Below, piece by piece: positions 45,979 to 57,619 of a stretch of 64,000 bases of DNA (position 1 is its first letter; each line of letters begins with the position of its first letter). The notes below the pieces were generated by a model. That model saw only the letters and a list, made by a program, of their open reading frames with translations, did no database searches and was not told the origin of the DNA. The stretch comes from Caenispirillum bisanense (GTDB taxonomy: Bacteria > Pseudomonadota > Alphaproteobacteria > Rhodospirillales > UBA2165), in contig CAMDWJ010000019.1 of the NCBI GenBank assembly GCA_945877815.1, positions 8,596 to 72,595 of the forward strand, given 5' to 3'. The translations under genes were made by a program, and so were the position numbers.

Positions 45979-47355
45979 TCAAAAATATTCCAGCCGAACC
46001 GAGAACATCTTCTCGACCTGGCGCACGGCATCGGGCCTGGCGAACAGGACGACGCGATCGTCTTCCTCGATCACCGTCGTGCCGCGCGGCACGATGACCT
46101 CGCCGTTGCGCACGACCGCCCCGATGATAACGCCGTCCGGCAGTTCCGCTTCCTGCAACGGCTTGCCGACGATGCCCGAGGTTTCGATCGCATCGGCCTC
46201 GATCAATTCGCCAAACCCGTCGCGCAATGTATGAACCGAATGAATGCGGCCGCGCCGAACATGGTGCAGGATCGATGAAACCGTGATGGCGCGCGGCCCG
46301 ACCAGAACGTCGATGCCGAGCGTAGGCATCAACGGAATATAAGATTCGTTGTTGACCAGCGTGATAACCCGGCCACAGCCTTTTTTCTTCGCTAGAAGCG
46401 AAGCAAGGATATTGGTCTCATCGTCATTTGTAACAGCCACGACGGTTTCCGCCGCCGCGACATTAGCTTGATCGAGGATTTCTCCGTCAAGCACGCTACC
46501 TTGCAACACCACCGAGCGCTTGAGACTACGCGCCACGATTTCCGCTCGCGCCTTGTCGAATTCTACGACCTTGAGGTTCACTTTGGGATGTTCCTGCTCG
46601 ATCTGTTTGACCAGGAACTCGCCGATATTTCCACCGCCGAAAACGACGATCCGGTGCGCCTCGTGCTCCTCATGGCCGAAGGCAGCAAGCGCGCGTTTGA
46701 GATGTTTCGTATCTACAACGAAGTAGATCTCGTCTCCTGCTTCCAGCTGGTCGTCACCCTCGGGGATGAACGAATTATCCCCGCGCACGATGCCGACCAC
46801 CACGACATTGAGATCGGGAAACAATTGGGTGAGTTGTCGCATCGGCGTCTTGATGACCGGGCAACTCTCGAAGATGCGCACACCGACCAATTTAACCTTG
46901 TCGTCCACCAGACTGATCAGATCGAAGGTTCCGGGCACCTCGAGGCGGCGCGCAATCGCGCGCGCGATCTCGCGCTCTGGCGAAATCAAGACATCAATCG
47001 GCACCCCATCGCGCGTATAGAGGTTCGCCCATTGCGATTCGAGATAACCCTGCTGTCTAATGCGGGCGATCTTGGTCGTGATATTGAACAAAGTATGCCC
47101 AACCTGACAGGCAATCATGTTGACTTCGTCGGCATGGGTCACCGCGATCAGCATTTCTGCGTCATTGGCCCCGGCCATTTCGAGAACGGCCGGGTGCGAT
47201 GCATGCCCGACGACGGATTTGACGTCCAAGGTGTTGGCAATCTTACGTGCCAGATCAGGCGAATTATCAATGACGGTGACGTCATTTCCTTCTTGCGCCA
47301 GATAGCGGGCAATCGAAAATCCGACCTGCCCCGCGCCGCAGATGATGACCTTCAT
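45979..47355 (-). CDS. trkA: Trk system potassium uptake protein TrkA
   Basis: Two RCK/NAD-binding halves: MKVIICGAGQVGFSIA.. and VFGGGNIGEFL.. Confidence 0.92.
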   Translation of the reverse strand: MKVIICGAGQVGFSIARYLAQEGNDVTVIDNSPDLARKIANTLDVKSVVGHASHPAVLEMAGANDAEMLIAVTHADEVNMIACQVGHTLFNITTKIARIRQQGYLESQWANLYTRDGVPIDVLISPEREIARAIARRLEVPGTFDLISLVDDKVKLVGVRIFESCPVIKTPMRQLTQLFPDLNVVVVGIVRGDNSFIPEGDDQLEAGDEIYFVVDTKHLKRALAAFGHEEHEAHRIVVFGGGNIGEFLVKQIEQEHPKVNLKVVEFDKARAEIVARSLKRSVVLQGSVLDGEILDQANVAAAETVVAVTNDDETNILASLLAKKKGCGRVITLVNNESYIPLMPTLGIDVLVGPRAITVSSILHHVRRGRIHSVHTLRDGFGELIEADAIETSGIVGKPLQEAELPDGVIIGAVVRNGEVIVPRGTTVIEEDDRVVLFARPDAVRQVEKMFSVRLEYF

Positions 47356-47357
47356 GA

Positions 47358-48764
47358 CTAGTCCGCGCCCGTGCGGGGACGTTCATCGGACTGGACGCCG
47401 AGCGACTTGAGTTTGCGATGCAACGCGGAACGCTCCATTCCGACAAATTCGGCTGTCCGCGAAATATTGCCGCCAAACCGCGTGACCTGGGCGATGAGAT
47501 ACTCGCGCTCGAAAATCTCGCGCGCCTCGCGTAGCGGCAAACCCATGACCTCCGCATTATTGGTATTCACGGAGGCGATCGGCACCGCCGAAGAAATCTC
47601 CGCCGGCACCATATCGGCGCGGACGGCGTCGTTCTCGCTCCCCGGTGCCATGATCAACACGCGCTCCACCACATTGCGCAATTCACGCACATTGCCGGGC
47701 CATTCGTAGGATTGCAGCCGTGCCAAGGCATCTTCCGAAAAGCGCCGCGGCGGCTGGCCGCTGGTTTTCGACATCTGTGTCACGAAATGTGTCACCAGGG
47801 CGGGAATATCCTCGCGATATTCGCGAAGCGGCGGCACCAAAAGCGGCACGACGCTCAGGCGATAGAACAAATCCTCGCGAAAGCGCCCCTCCGACATTTC
47901 TAAATGAAGATTGCGCGACGACGACGCCAGAACCCGCACATCGACCTCGACCCGGAGCGATCCGCCGACGCGCTGGAACGTTTGGTCCTGCAGCACGCGT
48001 ACGATCTTGCCTTGGGTTTCAAGCGGCATATCGGCGACTTCGTCGAGAAACAACGTCCCATTGTGCGCCTGTTCGAACAGCCCGACCACGCGCGGGCCTC
48101 CGCCGCCATTCGCGGACGCCTCGACGCCGAACAGACTCGCCTCGAAACCGTCCGGCTGCATCGTGGCGCAATTCAGGGATATAAAGGTACCGTTGGCGCG
48201 GCTCGATTGCTTATGCAACAGACGAGCAACCACATCCTTCCCGGCTCCTGCGGGACCTGTGATCAGGACGCGGCTGTTCGTCGGCGCAACCTTGTTGATC
48301 GATTGTCGCAAGGTAACGATTTCGTGAGATCCGCCGACCAGCTCGGCATCGCCGCCGACGCGAAGCCGCAATTCCTCATTCTCACGCTTGAGGCGGGCCG
48401 CCTCGATCGTGCGCCGTACGGCCAGGAGAACTCGGTCGGAGTTGAACGGCTTCTCGATAAAATCGTGAGCGCCAAGATTGATCGCGCTTACCGCCGTCTC
48501 GATATTGCCATGGCCGCTCATCATGACGATCGGCACGCTCGGATGCTCTTGGCTCAAAGCCTCCAAGATTTGCATTCCGTCGAGCTTGCTGCCCTCCAGC
48601 CAAATATCAAGCAAAACGAGATTAGGCCGGCGCGCGGCGATTTCGGCCAAAGCCTGATCGCTGTTCGCGGCTTCGCGCGTCTGATAGCCCTCATCCTGCA
48701 ATATCCCGGCGGTGAGGACGCGGATATCGGCCTCGTCGTCAACGATGAGGATTTCATGCGCCAT
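47358..48764 (-). CDS. ntrX: Sigma-54-interacting-type response regulator NtrX
   Basis: Receiver domain (ILIVDDE..DIWL), AAA+ domain (ITGPAGAGKD), and a C-terminal HTH. Positioned after ntrY as in other alphaproteobacteria. Confidence 0.88.
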   Translation of the reverse strand: MAHEILIVDDEADIRVLTAGILQDEGYQTREAANSDQALAEIAARRPNLVLLDIWLEGSKLDGMQILEALSQEHPSVPIVMMSGHGNIETAVSAINLGAHDFIEKPFNSDRVLLAVRRTIEAARLKRENEELRLRVGGDAELVGGSHEIVTLRQSINKVAPTNSRVLITGPAGAGKDVVARLLHKQSSRANGTFISLNCATMQPDGFEASLFGVEASANGGGGPRVVGLFEQAHNGTLFLDEVADMPLETQGKIVRVLQDQTFQRVGGSLRVEVDVRVLASSSRNLHLEMSEGRFREDLFYRLSVVPLLVPPLREYREDIPALVTHFVTQMSKTSGQPPRRFSEDALARLQSYEWPGNVRELRNVVERVLIMAPGSENDAVRADMVPAEISSAVPIASVNTNNAEVMGLPLREAREIFEREYLIAQVTRFGGNISRTAEFVGMERSALHRKLKSLGVQSDERPRTGAD

Positions 48765-51048
48765 GCACGGCTACCCCAGTGGAAGCATCTTGATTCGCTC
48801 GCGAAGACGTGGCGGCTGATCCAGCTTTGTAGAACATGAGGATGACCGTCGCACCTTCGGTGTCATTATTGCCGAGCATCAATTCGCCGTCATGGTCTTC
48901 CATGATTTTCTTGGCGATGGCCAGCCCGAGACCCGTTCCGCGTTCTCGGGTGGTAACATAGGGCTCCGTGATCCGATCAAGTAGTTCGGGTGGAAACCCG
49001 CCGCCGTTGTCTACAATTTCGACCCGCGGACCATCCTCGTCAACTGTCAATTTGAGGGAAATTTTACCAGGCGAAACACTGGATTTCGGGGAATTTTTCT
49101 CTCGATGTCCCTCAATTGATTCAGCGGCGTTTTTAAGGATATTGGTCAAAGCTCGCCCGATCTGCTGACGATCGCAACGCACCTGAACGGGCGTATCGGA
49201 CAAATTTTCCTCATAGATAATATCGGGATATCGATTGCGCTCCAGAAAAATCGCCTGGCGGACAAGCTCGTTCAAATCGATCTGTTTGAGATCGGGACGC
49301 GGCATCCGCGCGAAGGCGGAAAACTCATCGACCATACGGCCGATTTCCTCGACCTGTCGAATGATCGTATCGGTACAGATATTGAATGTCTCAGGATCGG
49401 TTTTGATTTCCTTGGCATAACGTCGCTTGAGGCGTTCCGCCGCCAGTTGGATTGGCGTCAGCGGGTTTTTGATTTCATGCGCGATACGCCGAGCAACGTC
49501 CGCCCATGCAGCCTTGCGTTGAGCGGACAAAAGCTCGGTGACGTCGTCGCAAGTAATAACAAAGCCGACGATTTCATCGTCCGCACGTTCGGCCGCGATA
49601 GAGACAACCAGAGTGCGCTGACGCCCACCGCGAGACACCATCACTTCGCCGGAGAAGGTCCGATGGGGCGCGGCCTTTACCTGGGCAAGGAGTGCCGCCA
49701 TTTCCGGCACGACATCTTCGAGGGGTTCCGAATTGCGAGCCAAAAGATCGGCGTCCACCAAGTCGGATGCTGAGCGATTGGCCAGATGGATATTTCCAGC
49801 GGCGTCGAGACCGATAACGCCCGCCGAAACGCCCGTCAGCACGGTTTCGGTAAAGCGACGACGCTCGTCGAGTTGGCGATTGGCTTCGATCAGCCCTCGC
49901 TGTTGATTGTCGATCTGCTCGGTCATCCGATTGAAGGCTCGGATCAGCGTGCCGACCTCACTCTTCTCACCGCGCGCGTCCTCAACGCTTGCCGTCAGAT
50001 CGCCGCGACGGACGCGCTCGGCCGCATCGATCAATTTTCCGATTGGACTGGCCAAACGATTGGCAAGGTTCCAGCCGACCCAAGCAGCGATCAAAAACAT
50101 TAAGAGCGCGACAACACCGAACACCGCCAGGAAGCGAACCTGAAGGCGTTCACGGCTACTTTGGATTTCCGCATATTGGGACGCCGCACCCCGTGTACGC
50201 GAAATATGCTCGAGCACGCTGGCATCCACGAAACGCCCGACCAACAGGTAGGCATCGACATAGGCTTCTAGCTTTACCCCTGCGCGTATACGCTCGTCGT
50301 CCTGATTGCTGATGATCTGCACTTCGCCGGGCGTGCTCGATAGCATCTGGCGCAAGAAATTGTCGGTCGTGAAATCGAAGAACAGGGAAAAGCTCAGACC
50401 CGATTGGGCGATCAATCGGCCGCTGCTGTCAACAATGACTGCCTCGGGCAGTTCGCGCACCAGCGCCTGGGTCGTCATGAATTCGGCGAGCAATCGTGCA
50501 CTTTGGCGCAAACTCGCGGCCTGGCGGTTAATGTCGTTGGCCATGGCGAGCGCATCGGCGCGGATATTCTGTTGATGTTCGCGCAAATACAATTGGGCAA
50601 CGTCGCGCGATTCCTCGACCGCGGTGCGGACACGGTCCCCAAACCACGCCTCGATACCGAAATTCAGGAATACGCCGGAAAACACGGCGACCAGGATCGC
50701 CGGAATGACCGCGACAAGGCTGAACGACAAGACCATGCGGAAATGCAGTTTGGAACCTGCCGAGCCGAACTGACGCTCCATCCATTCGCCGAGTATGCGC
50801 CGCGCCAGGATGACGGCGAGCGCCACGGCGAGCCCGATATCGATATTGAGCAACGTGATGACGGTCGCAACATCCGCAGCGCGCGGCGTCAAATCTGCCA
50901 TAAGCGCGATCGTCGCCGAAACAGCGGTCAACAAGGCGAAACCGACGACGAACGCGGCAATACGGCTCGCGCTAATCCCGCGGCGTGTTTCGGACACTGC
51001 AGGAGTCTCGCTCGCCGCAGCTATATCCACGTTTTTGCTTTTTTCCAT
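48754..51048 (-). CDS. ntrY: Sensor histidine kinase NtrY
   Basis: N-terminal TM segments, HAMP, PAS, H-box RIAHEIKNPLTPI, and an HATPase domain. Confidence 0.88.
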   Translation of the reverse strand: MEKSKNVDIAAASETPAVSETRRGISASRIAAFVVGFALLTAVSATIALMADLTPRAADVATVITLLNIDIGLAVALAVILARRILGEWMERQFGSAGSKLHFRMVLSFSLVAVIPAILVAVFSGVFLNFGIEAWFGDRVRTAVEESRDVAQLYLREHQQNIRADALAMANDINRQAASLRQSARLLAEFMTTQALVRELPEAVIVDSSGRLIAQSGLSFSLFFDFTTDNFLRQMLSSTPGEVQIISNQDDERIRAGVKLEAYVDAYLLVGRFVDASVLEHISRTRGAASQYAEIQSSRERLQVRFLAVFGVVALLMFLIAAWVGWNLANRLASPIGKLIDAAERVRRGDLTASVEDARGEKSEVGTLIRAFNRMTEQIDNQQRGLIEANRQLDERRRFTETVLTGVSAGVIGLDAAGNIHLANRSASDLVDADLLARNSEPLEDVVPEMAALLAQVKAAPHRTFSGEVMVSRGGRQRTLVVSIAAERADDEIVGFVITCDDVTELLSAQRKAAWADVARRIAHEIKNPLTPIQLAAERLKRRYAKEIKTDPETFNICTDTIIRQVEEIGRMVDEFSAFARMPRPDLKQIDLNELVRQAIFLERNRYPDIIYEENLSDTPVQVRCDRQQIGRALTNILKNAAESIEGHREKNSPKSSVSPGKISLKLTVDEDGPRVEIVDNGGGFPPELLDRITEPYVTTRERGTGLGLAIAKKIMEDHDGELMLGNNDTEGATVILMFYKAGSAATSSRANQDASTGVAVHGA

Positions 51049-51082
51049 ATCCGTTCCCGAATGGCGCGGTTCGGGCCGTCCG

Positions 51083-52516
51083 TCACTTCGGCGTCCGCAT
51101 GACCGGAATGCCGAGATCGCGAATTTTCTTGCGCAGCGTATTGCGATTCAATCCAAGCAAATGCGCCGCGCGCAGCTGATTGCCCCGCGTTGCCGACAAG
51201 GTAAGCGAAATCAGCGGACGTTCGACCTCGCGCAAGACCCGTTCATAGAGCCCCGGCGGCGGCAATCCGGTCCCATGCGCGGAGAAGTATTCGCGCAGAT
51301 GAGGTTCCACCGCGTCCGAGATCCCGTTGCCCGTAAGCGTCGGCGGCTCGGCAACGGTGCCGCCGACCAGCTCAGCCTCGATCGCATCGACGCCGATCGT
51401 TTCCTGCGAATATAGCGCCGCCAGACGGCGGACAAAATTCTCAAGCTCGCGTACGTTGCCCGGCCATGAATATTCCTTGAGCCGCTCCAACGCCCCCTCA
51501 TCGAGAATCTTCCACGGCAAGCCTTCGTCGGTGCATTGCGCGAGGAAGCGGCGGACAAGGTCCGGAATGTCCTGCCTGCGTTCGCGCAAAGGCGGCATGC
51601 GGATCGGCACGACGTTCAAGCGATAATAAAGATCTTCGCGGAACAGCCCTTGGCGGATCAGTTGGGTGAGATCGCGATGCGTCGCGGCGATGATGCGCAC
51701 GTTGGTCTTAATCGAGGTGCGCCCGCCGACCGTCGTGTATTCGCCTTCCTGCAGGACGCGCAGCAGACGTGTCTGCGCGTCGGGCGGCATGTCGCCAATC
51801 TCGTCGAGAAACAGTGTGCCGCCTTCGGCCTGTTCGAAACGGCCGTGGGCGCGCGCCGTGGCCCCGGTAAACGACCCCTTCTCGTGACCGAACAATTCGC
51901 TTTCGATCAACTCGCGCGGGATCGCCGCCATATTGATCGCAACGAACGGACGGTTCTTGCGCCGCCCGTAATCGTGAAGAGCACGCGCGGCTAATTCCTT
52001 GCCTGTGCCCGATTCACCCGTGATCAACACCGTCAGATCAGTGTTCATCAGGCGCGCAAGCGACCGATAGACGTCTTGCATCGCCTGCGAACGGCCGATT
52101 AGCGGAAGTGCCTCCTCGCGCGTTCCGTCGTCGGCACGCACCACATCTGCCGTCGAAGACAACGCACGTTTGACCACGTTGATCAGTTCGTTCAAATCGA
52201 ACGGCTTCGGCAGATATTCGAACGCGCCGCGCTGCGTGGCATTCACCGCCGTCATCAGCGTGTTCTGCGCGCTCATAACGATGACGTGAATTTCAGGACG
52301 GATTTTCTTGATGCGCGGAATCAGATCGAGACCGTTTTCGTCCGGCATGATGACGTCGGTAATGACAAGGTTGCCCTCGCCGTTGCTCACCCATTTCCAT
52401 AGCGTCGCGGCATTGCCGGTCGTCCGCACCTCGAAGCCGGCCCGGCTCAACGCCTGATTCAACACTGTACGGATCGCCGCATCGTCGTCTGCAACTAGAA
52501 TAGTTTCTCCGCTCAA
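51083..52516 (-). CDS. ntrC: Nitrogen regulation response regulator NtrC
   Basis: Receiver, sigma-54 activation domain ([20 protein letters not shown]-like EKGSFTGA), and a Fis-type HTH. Confidence 0.92.
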   Translation of the reverse strand: MSGETILVADDDAAIRTVLNQALSRAGFEVRTTGNAATLWKWVSNGEGNLVITDVIMPDENGLDLIPRIKKIRPEIHVIVMSAQNTLMTAVNATQRGAFEYLPKPFDLNELINVVKRALSSTADVVRADDGTREEALPLIGRSQAMQDVYRSLARLMNTDLTVLITGESGTGKELAARALHDYGRRKNRPFVAINMAAIPRELIESELFGHEKGSFTGATARAHGRFEQAEGGTLFLDEIGDMPPDAQTRLLRVLQEGEYTTVGGRTSIKTNVRIIAATHRDLTQLIRQGLFREDLYYRLNVVPIRMPPLRERRQDIPDLVRRFLAQCTDEGLPWKILDEGALERLKEYSWPGNVRELENFVRRLAALYSQETIGVDAIEAELVGGTVAEPPTLTGNGISDAVEPHLREYFSAHGTGLPPPGLYERVLREVERPLISLTLSATRGNQLRAAHLLGLNRNTLRKKIRDLGIPVMRTPK

Positions 52517-53637
52517 ATCACGTCCTCGATTGGTTCGCCACGCGCCATTGGGAGCATGACGCGAAATGCAGTTCGTCCAGGCTGGCTATCGAACTCGATA
52601 ATTCCACCGTGGTCGTCGACCATCTTTGCGACGAGCGCCAGGCCAAGCCCGCTCCCCTTCGCCTTGGTGGTCACGAAGGCATCGAACAGATGGTTTTGCA
52701 GCCCTTCAGGAATGCCGGGCCCGTTGTCCTGGATCGACACCACGAGCGGCAATTGAGTCAACGCCGTGGAGCCCGGAATGGCGAAGCGAACACCATGCTG
52801 ATAAGACGTCGTCAAAACGATCTCGCCACCCTTGATGGGCGCTGCCTCGGCGGCGTTCTTGACCAGGTTCAGGAAAATCTGAACGAGCTGGTCTCGGTTG
52901 CCATCGACCGACGGCAATGACGGATCGTAATTCTCGATAATCGTGACGTGCTTCGCAAAGCCGTTTTGAGCAAGCCGCTTCACGCGTTCCAGAACGACGT
53001 GGATGTTGACCGCGCCGCGTTCAAGCGGACGCTGATCGGAAAACACGTCCATGCGATCGACGAGCGCGCAGATACGGTCGGTTTCGTCGCAAATAAGGCG
53101 GGTCAGATTGACGTCTTCGCCATCGACCGAACCTTCGAGCAGTTGCGCAGCACCGCGAATGCCCGAAAGCGGATTCTTGACCTCGTGAGCCAGCATGGCA
53201 GCCATCGCGCTAACCGAGCGCGCGGCATTGCGATGGTTGAGCTGACGATCGATCTTGTCAGCGATGTTGCGTTCGAAAATAGCAACAACGACGCTGCCAG
53301 GACGATCGTTGAGCGGCGACACCTGCACATTGACCAATTGGGTTCGTGTGCGCGGCGTGTCGAGCACCAACCCATATTCCGATACTCCCACGCCTCGGCG
53401 CTGGGCTTGGCGAATCAAGGCAATGATTGGGCTATCGCGCGGAACCAAATTATCGATCGGATTGCCGCACAGTTGCGATGCGCTCGCTGCGAAAAAGCGC
53501 TGCGCGGAATCGTTCACGAATGACACCGAGCCATCGGCATCGACTGCTACGATGGAGCATTCGAGCGCCCCCAAAATGCTTTCTGTATCCACCGAGGGTG
53601 ACGGCGCATCAAATAGGCGGATGGGTTTGATGCTCAT
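52513..53637 (-). CDS. ntrB: Nitrogen regulation sensor kinase NtrB
   Basis: PAS domain, H-box [12 protein letters not shown], and an HATPase domain. Overlaps the ntrC start. Confidence 0.9.
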   Translation of the reverse strand: MSIKPIRLFDAPSPSVDTESILGALECSIVAVDADGSVSFVNDSAQRFFAASASQLCGNPIDNLVPRDSPIIALIRQAQRRGVGVSEYGLVLDTPRTRTQLVNVQVSPLNDRPGSVVVAIFERNIADKIDRQLNHRNAARSVSAMAAMLAHEVKNPLSGIRGAAQLLEGSVDGEDVNLTRLICDETDRICALVDRMDVFSDQRPLERGAVNIHVVLERVKRLAQNGFAKHVTIIENYDPSLPSVDGNRDQLVQIFLNLVKNAAEAAPIKGGEIVLTTSYQHGVRFAIPGSTALTQLPLVVSIQDNGPGIPEGLQNHLFDAFVTTKAKGSGLGLALVAKMVDDHGGIIEFDSQPGRTAFRVMLPMARGEPIEDVI

Positions 53638-53643
53638 AAGGAC

Positions 53644-54684
53644 TCAGGCGGCCTGTCGTTCCAACAACGGCTCGTAAAAATCCTTCACCGCGCGTTTGAC
53701 CGCGGCGACATCGTCCAGCCGCATGACCAGCGAGCGGAATTCGGCCGAGCCCGGCAATCCCTTGGAATACCAAGCCAGATGCTTGCGCGCGATCCTGAGT
53801 CCGCCTTCGACGCCGTAATGTTCGAGCATGGCTTCGTAATGTTCGAGTACGATGCCCAATTGTTCGCTGAGCGGCGGCGCTGCCAGGCGCTGACCGTTTT
53901 CCAGATACGCCCTGACCTGGCCCAGGAACCACGGCCGCCCATAGCTGCCGCGACCGACCATGACCGCATCCGCGCCGGATTGTTCCAGCAGCGTTGCCGC
54001 ATCCTCCACTGTCGTCACGTCGCCATTGCCGACGACGGGAATCGAAACCGCTTCCTTGACGCGCCGGATGAAGGCCCAATCCGCGCGGCCGTTGTAGAAT
54101 TGCTGCCGGGTACGGCCATGGATCGTGATCATTTTCACGCCCGCCTGTTCCGCGATGCGCGCCAACGTCGGCGCATTGCGGTTGTCGAGATCCCAACCCG
54201 TGCGCATTTTCAAGGTAACCGGCAGATCGACCGCCTTCACGGTCGCCTCGATCAAGGCGCCGGCCAGCTTTTCGTCGCGCATCAGGGACGAGCCGGCATG
54301 CCCGTTGGTGACCTTTTTGACCGGGCAGCCCATGTTGATATCGATAATCGCGGCACCCCGGTCAGCATTGAGGCGTGCGGCTTCGGCCATCATCTCGGGC
54401 TCGCAGCCGGCAAGCTGGACCGACATCGGGAATTCCTCGGCGCAGTTGCTCGCCATCTTCATCGTCTTGCGATTGGCGTGAATCATCGCCTGAGATGCGA
54501 TCATCTCAGAGATCACCAACCCCGCGCCGTAACGCTTGGCGAGACGCCGATAAGGCATATCCGTCACGCCTGACATAGGCGCGAGGATCACCCGATTGTC
54601 CAATGAAATTTGCCCGATTTTCAGGCTCACGCCTGTATGCTCCACACCAGTTGATGCCCAATTTATAGGCATATTAGCGCGCAA
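53644..54684 (-). CDS. dusB: tRNA-dihydrouridine synthase B
   Basis: [16 protein letters not shown] and HGRTR motifs. Conserved position upstream of ntrBC. Confidence 0.9.
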   Translation of the reverse strand: MRANMPINWASTGVEHTGVSLKIGQISLDNRVILAPMSGVTDMPYRRLAKRYGAGLVISEMIASQAMIHANRKTMKMASNCAEEFPMSVQLAGCEPEMMAEAARLNADRGAAIIDINMGCPVKKVTNGHAGSSLMRDEKLAGALIEATVKAVDLPVTLKMRTGWDLDNRNAPTLARIAEQAGVKMITIHGRTRQQFYNGRADWAFIRRVKEAVSIPVVGNGDVTTVEDAATLLEQSGADAVMVGRGSYGRPWFLGQVRAYLENGQRLAAPPLSEQLGIVLEHYEAMLEHYGVEGGLRIARKHLAWYSKGLPGSAEFRSLVMRLDDVAAVKRAVKDFYEPLLERQAA

Positions 54685-54717
54685 TACAAACCCTTTGAAG
54701 AGACTGGTGCAAAATAA

Positions 54718-55521
54718 CTAGAAGGCGGGCCCAAGAATGATGTCGGTCACGAATTTGACGCCCGGATATCCGAGGGTGAGCAAAAGATAGGCGAGCAAAA
54801 CCGCCTGAACGGCAGCCCGGCCGCGCACGCCCCATCGGGCATGGGCGAGCAGCAGCATACCGACCACGACGAAGACCGAGGCCGTGAAAAGCGTTTTATG
54901 GTCGATCAATAAGAACCGGCCTGTCTCCATATAATAGGTCGCAACGCCGGTCATCAGACCGGCTGCCAACACCGCTTCGCTGATCGCAAGAAGCCGCATC
55001 ATCAGGGATTCACTATCGGTCAACGACGGCAGCAGCTTGGCAAAGGGCGAATAGATCTTCGCCTTGAGGGCACGGCCCTGAAGACAGGCGGCAAGTGCCG
55101 CCACCGCCGAAAGCGTAATGAGGCCGTAAGTCGCGACGGAAACCACGATGTGCGTGCCGATCCAGGCCAGCGGGGCGGTCGGATTCAGCGGGCGTTCCGG
55201 CGCCTGGTCCCAGACCGTCGCCAAAACGGCCAGCACGATCAGATACGGCATCAACAGCGGCGTGAGCCGCCACGCCTCGTGCGTCGCCGCCGATAAGATC
55301 AGGAAAAAGAGCAGACACGCGACGATCGTCAGCCACAGCGCCGACGAAATCCCGGTGCTCCAGCCATCCGATTGGCGCACCACCACCAAGGCCATCGTAC
55401 CCGCGAACGCGACCACCAGCGTCGACCAAAATACGGTGTCGCGCTTGGCGGGCTTGCGAAACAGCGTCAGCGCGGCCGGCACGAGCGAAATCAGGGCGGC
55501 GAGCCGGAGGAGTGTCAATTC
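54718..55521 (-). CDS. Cytochrome c assembly CcsA-like / YpjD-family membrane protein
   Basis: Polytopic membrane protein. I prefer the start at MELTLLRL (55521). The family assignment is by overall resemblance only. Confidence 0.55.
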   Translation of the reverse strand, partial: ELTLLRLAALISLVPAALTLFRKPAKRDTVFWSTLVVAFAGTMALVVVRQSDGWSTGISSALWLTIVACLLFFLILSAATHEAWRLTPLLMPYLIVLAVLATVWDQAPERPLNPTAPLAWIGTHIVVSVATYGLITLSAVAALAACLQGRALKAKIYSPFAKLLPSLTDSESLMMRLLAISEAVLAAGLMTGVATYYMETGRFLLIDHKTLFTASVFVVVGMLLLAHARWGVRGRAAVQAVLLAYLLLTLGYPGVKFVTDIILGPAF

Positions 55522-55655
55522 CATCGCAATCCAACTATGTTTGAGAGGTTCGGCCGCTGGCTTCGCGCGGTGACACATCAACACCGCGCTTGGCATGCGA
55601 ACGAGGCTATTCTAGCTTGATTCTCGAATCGGGAAAGCCTTTGGGGTTTAAGTTG

Positions 55656-56822
55656 ATGTCAGATTGCGCGGCCCTACTGGTCGCAGCCGGACGCGGGCAT
55701 CGCGTCGGCGGGCCGCTGCCGAAGCAATATGCGAAAATCGGCGGGCAAGCCGTGCTGCGCCATACCGCGCGGCACTTCCTCGCCCATCCGCGAATCTCGA
55801 CAGTCATCGTGGTCATCCATCCCGACGATATCGCGCTCTACGAAGACGCCGTCGCCGGCCTCAATCTTCCGGCCCCCGTGATGGGTGGTGCCGAACGCCA
55901 GGATTCGGTGCGCAACGGGCTCTTGCGGCTGCAGGACATGGGCGCGCCGTCCAAGGTGCTCATCCACGATGCGGTCCGCCCCTTCGTCGCGGCGAGCGTG
56001 ATCTCCGCCGTCATCGACGCGGTCACGGAAGACACCGGCGCCCTGCCCGCACTTCCGGTCGCCGATACCTTGAAACGCGCGGACGGCGGACAGGTAAAGG
56101 CGACGGTCGACCGTGCCGGGTTATGGCGCGCGCAAACGCCACAGGGATTTCCCTTCGCACCCTTATTAGCCGCCCACCGCGCCGCTGCCGGCTCGGTGCT
56201 GACTGACGATGCCGCCGTCGCCGAGGCCGCCGGGCTTGCCGTCGCTCTGGTCGCCGGCAGCGAAAGCAATTTCAAAATCACGGGACCGGACGATATGGAG
56301 CGCGCCGAACGCATACTGAACCCGCCAAGCTGGATCACGCGGGTCGGAACCGGTTTCGATGTCCATGCCTTCGAAGAGGGCGATACCGCAATGATCTGCG
56401 GTGTGGCGATCCCGCACACGCACAAGCTGGCCGGACATTCCGATGCCGATGTCGGGCTGCATGCGCTCACCGATGCTTTGCTCGGCGCCGCCGGCAAGGG
56501 CGATATCGGCGTCTATTTTCCGCCGAGCGATGCGAAATGGCGCGGCGCCGCCTCGGATATCTTCCTGAAAGCCGCCGGCGACATGATCGCGGCCGACGGC
56601 GGGCGCATCGAAAATCTCGACATCACCATCATCTGCGAGACGCCGAAGGTCGGTCCCCACCGCGAAACCATGCGCGCGCGCGTCGCCGAGATATTGGGCA
56701 TTCCGCTTGGCCGCGTGAATATCAAAGGCAAGACCACCGAGAAGCTCGGTTTTCTCGGACGTAGCGAAGGTATCGCCGCGCAGGCAGTGGCGAGCGTCAC
56801 CTATCCGGCGCTGCGCGACTGA
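55656..56822 (+). CDS. ispDF: Bifunctional IspD/IspF (MEP cytidylyltransferase / MEcPP synthase)
   Basis: In-frame ATG at 55656. The IspD half has LVAAGRGHRVGG. The IspF half has GTGFDVHAF..GHSDADVGLHALTDALLGA. Confidence 0.92.
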   Translation: MSDCAALLVAAGRGHRVGGPLPKQYAKIGGQAVLRHTARHFLAHPRISTVIVVIHPDDIALYEDAVAGLNLPAPVMGGAERQDSVRNGLLRLQDMGAPSKVLIHDAVRPFVAASVISAVIDAVTEDTGALPALPVADTLKRADGGQVKATVDRAGLWRAQTPQGFPFAPLLAAHRAAAGSVLTDDAAVAEAAGLAVALVAGSESNFKITGPDDMERAERILNPPSWITRVGTGFDVHAFEEGDTAMICGVAIPHTHKLAGHSDADVGLHALTDALLGAAGKGDIGVYFPPSDAKWRGAASDIFLKAAGDMIAADGGRIENLDITIICETPKVGPHRETMRARVAEILGIPLGRVNIKGKTTEKLGFLGRSEGIAAQAVASVTYPALRD

Positions 56823-56832
56823 AATTTGGTCG

Positions 56833-57156
56833 TTACCTAGCGCCGGCCGTTTCCCGATCGATCCAATTCAGGAAATCTACGTTCCCGCCGGTGATCGGCA
56901 CGGCAACGACGCAGGGCACCGTATAACCATGCAGGGCCTTCACCCGCGCCGTAGCCTCGGGCACAAGTTCGCTCCGCGTTTTCAGGATCAACGCGACTTC
57001 AAGTTCCCGCTGCACTTTGCCCTCCCATCGGAAGATCGAGGTGGTGCGGCCGAGCACATTGGCGCAGGCGACCAATTGCTCCTCAACGAGCGTTTCGCCG
57101 ATCTTGATCGCCTCGTCTTCCGAAGCGCAAGTTATGTAGAGAAGCGATTGCGTCAT
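56833..57156 (-). CDS. cutA: Divalent-cation tolerance protein CutA
   Basis: MTQSLLYITCASEDEA..LVACANV..SIFRWEGKV..YTVPCVV is typical CutA1. Start at ATG 57156. Confidence 0.85.
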   Translation of the reverse strand: MTQSLLYITCASEDEAIKIGETLVEEQLVACANVLGRTTSIFRWEGKVQRELEVALILKTRSELVPEATARVKALHGYTVPCVVAVPITGGNVDFLNWIDRETAGAR

Positions 57157-57236
57157 GACGGGCTCCCGGCGTCGCTTGGACAGATAAACCAATTTATCCT
57201 AGGATGCGGAAAGCATCAGCGAAGAGGAAGCTGAAT

Positions 57237-57527
57237 ATGAGCGCTGAAGAATTCGGCGTTGGCGCGTCGGTTGGCAAGAAGGCGGCGGCAGCACCGACGA
57301 AACCAACGGAACTGCAACGTAAGTGGCTGATGCGAGGGCTAGGCCAGCCCGGCGGCAAATTACCGCTGTTCGACGAAGAAGGACAGCGTGTCAGCAAACG
57401 CACCGTCGATAGCTGTCTGCGCCAAGGCTGGGCAGAACCCTGGTTCATCAATCCGATCAAACCGGACTGGCTGGTCTGCAAACTGACCGATCAGGGGCGC
57501 CAGGCCCTCGGCCTGCCCAGGATCTAG
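57237..57527 (+). CDS. Hypothetical protein
   Basis: ORF 57204..57527, with the start probably at MSAEEF (57237). I recognise no family. Coding status rests on length and composition only. Confidence 0.45.
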   Translation: MSAEEFGVGASVGKKAAAAPTKPTELQRKWLMRGLGQPGGKLPLFDEEGQRVSKRTVDSCLRQGWAEPWFINPIKPDWLVCKLTDQGRQALGLPRI

Positions 57528-57619
57528 CCTCCCCTTCGAGCATGAATGGCCGATTTCCTGGGTATTTCCCGTTCCGTTGGCCGGTAATTCAAATTTTATT
57601 TCGAATTTTATGAAAATTC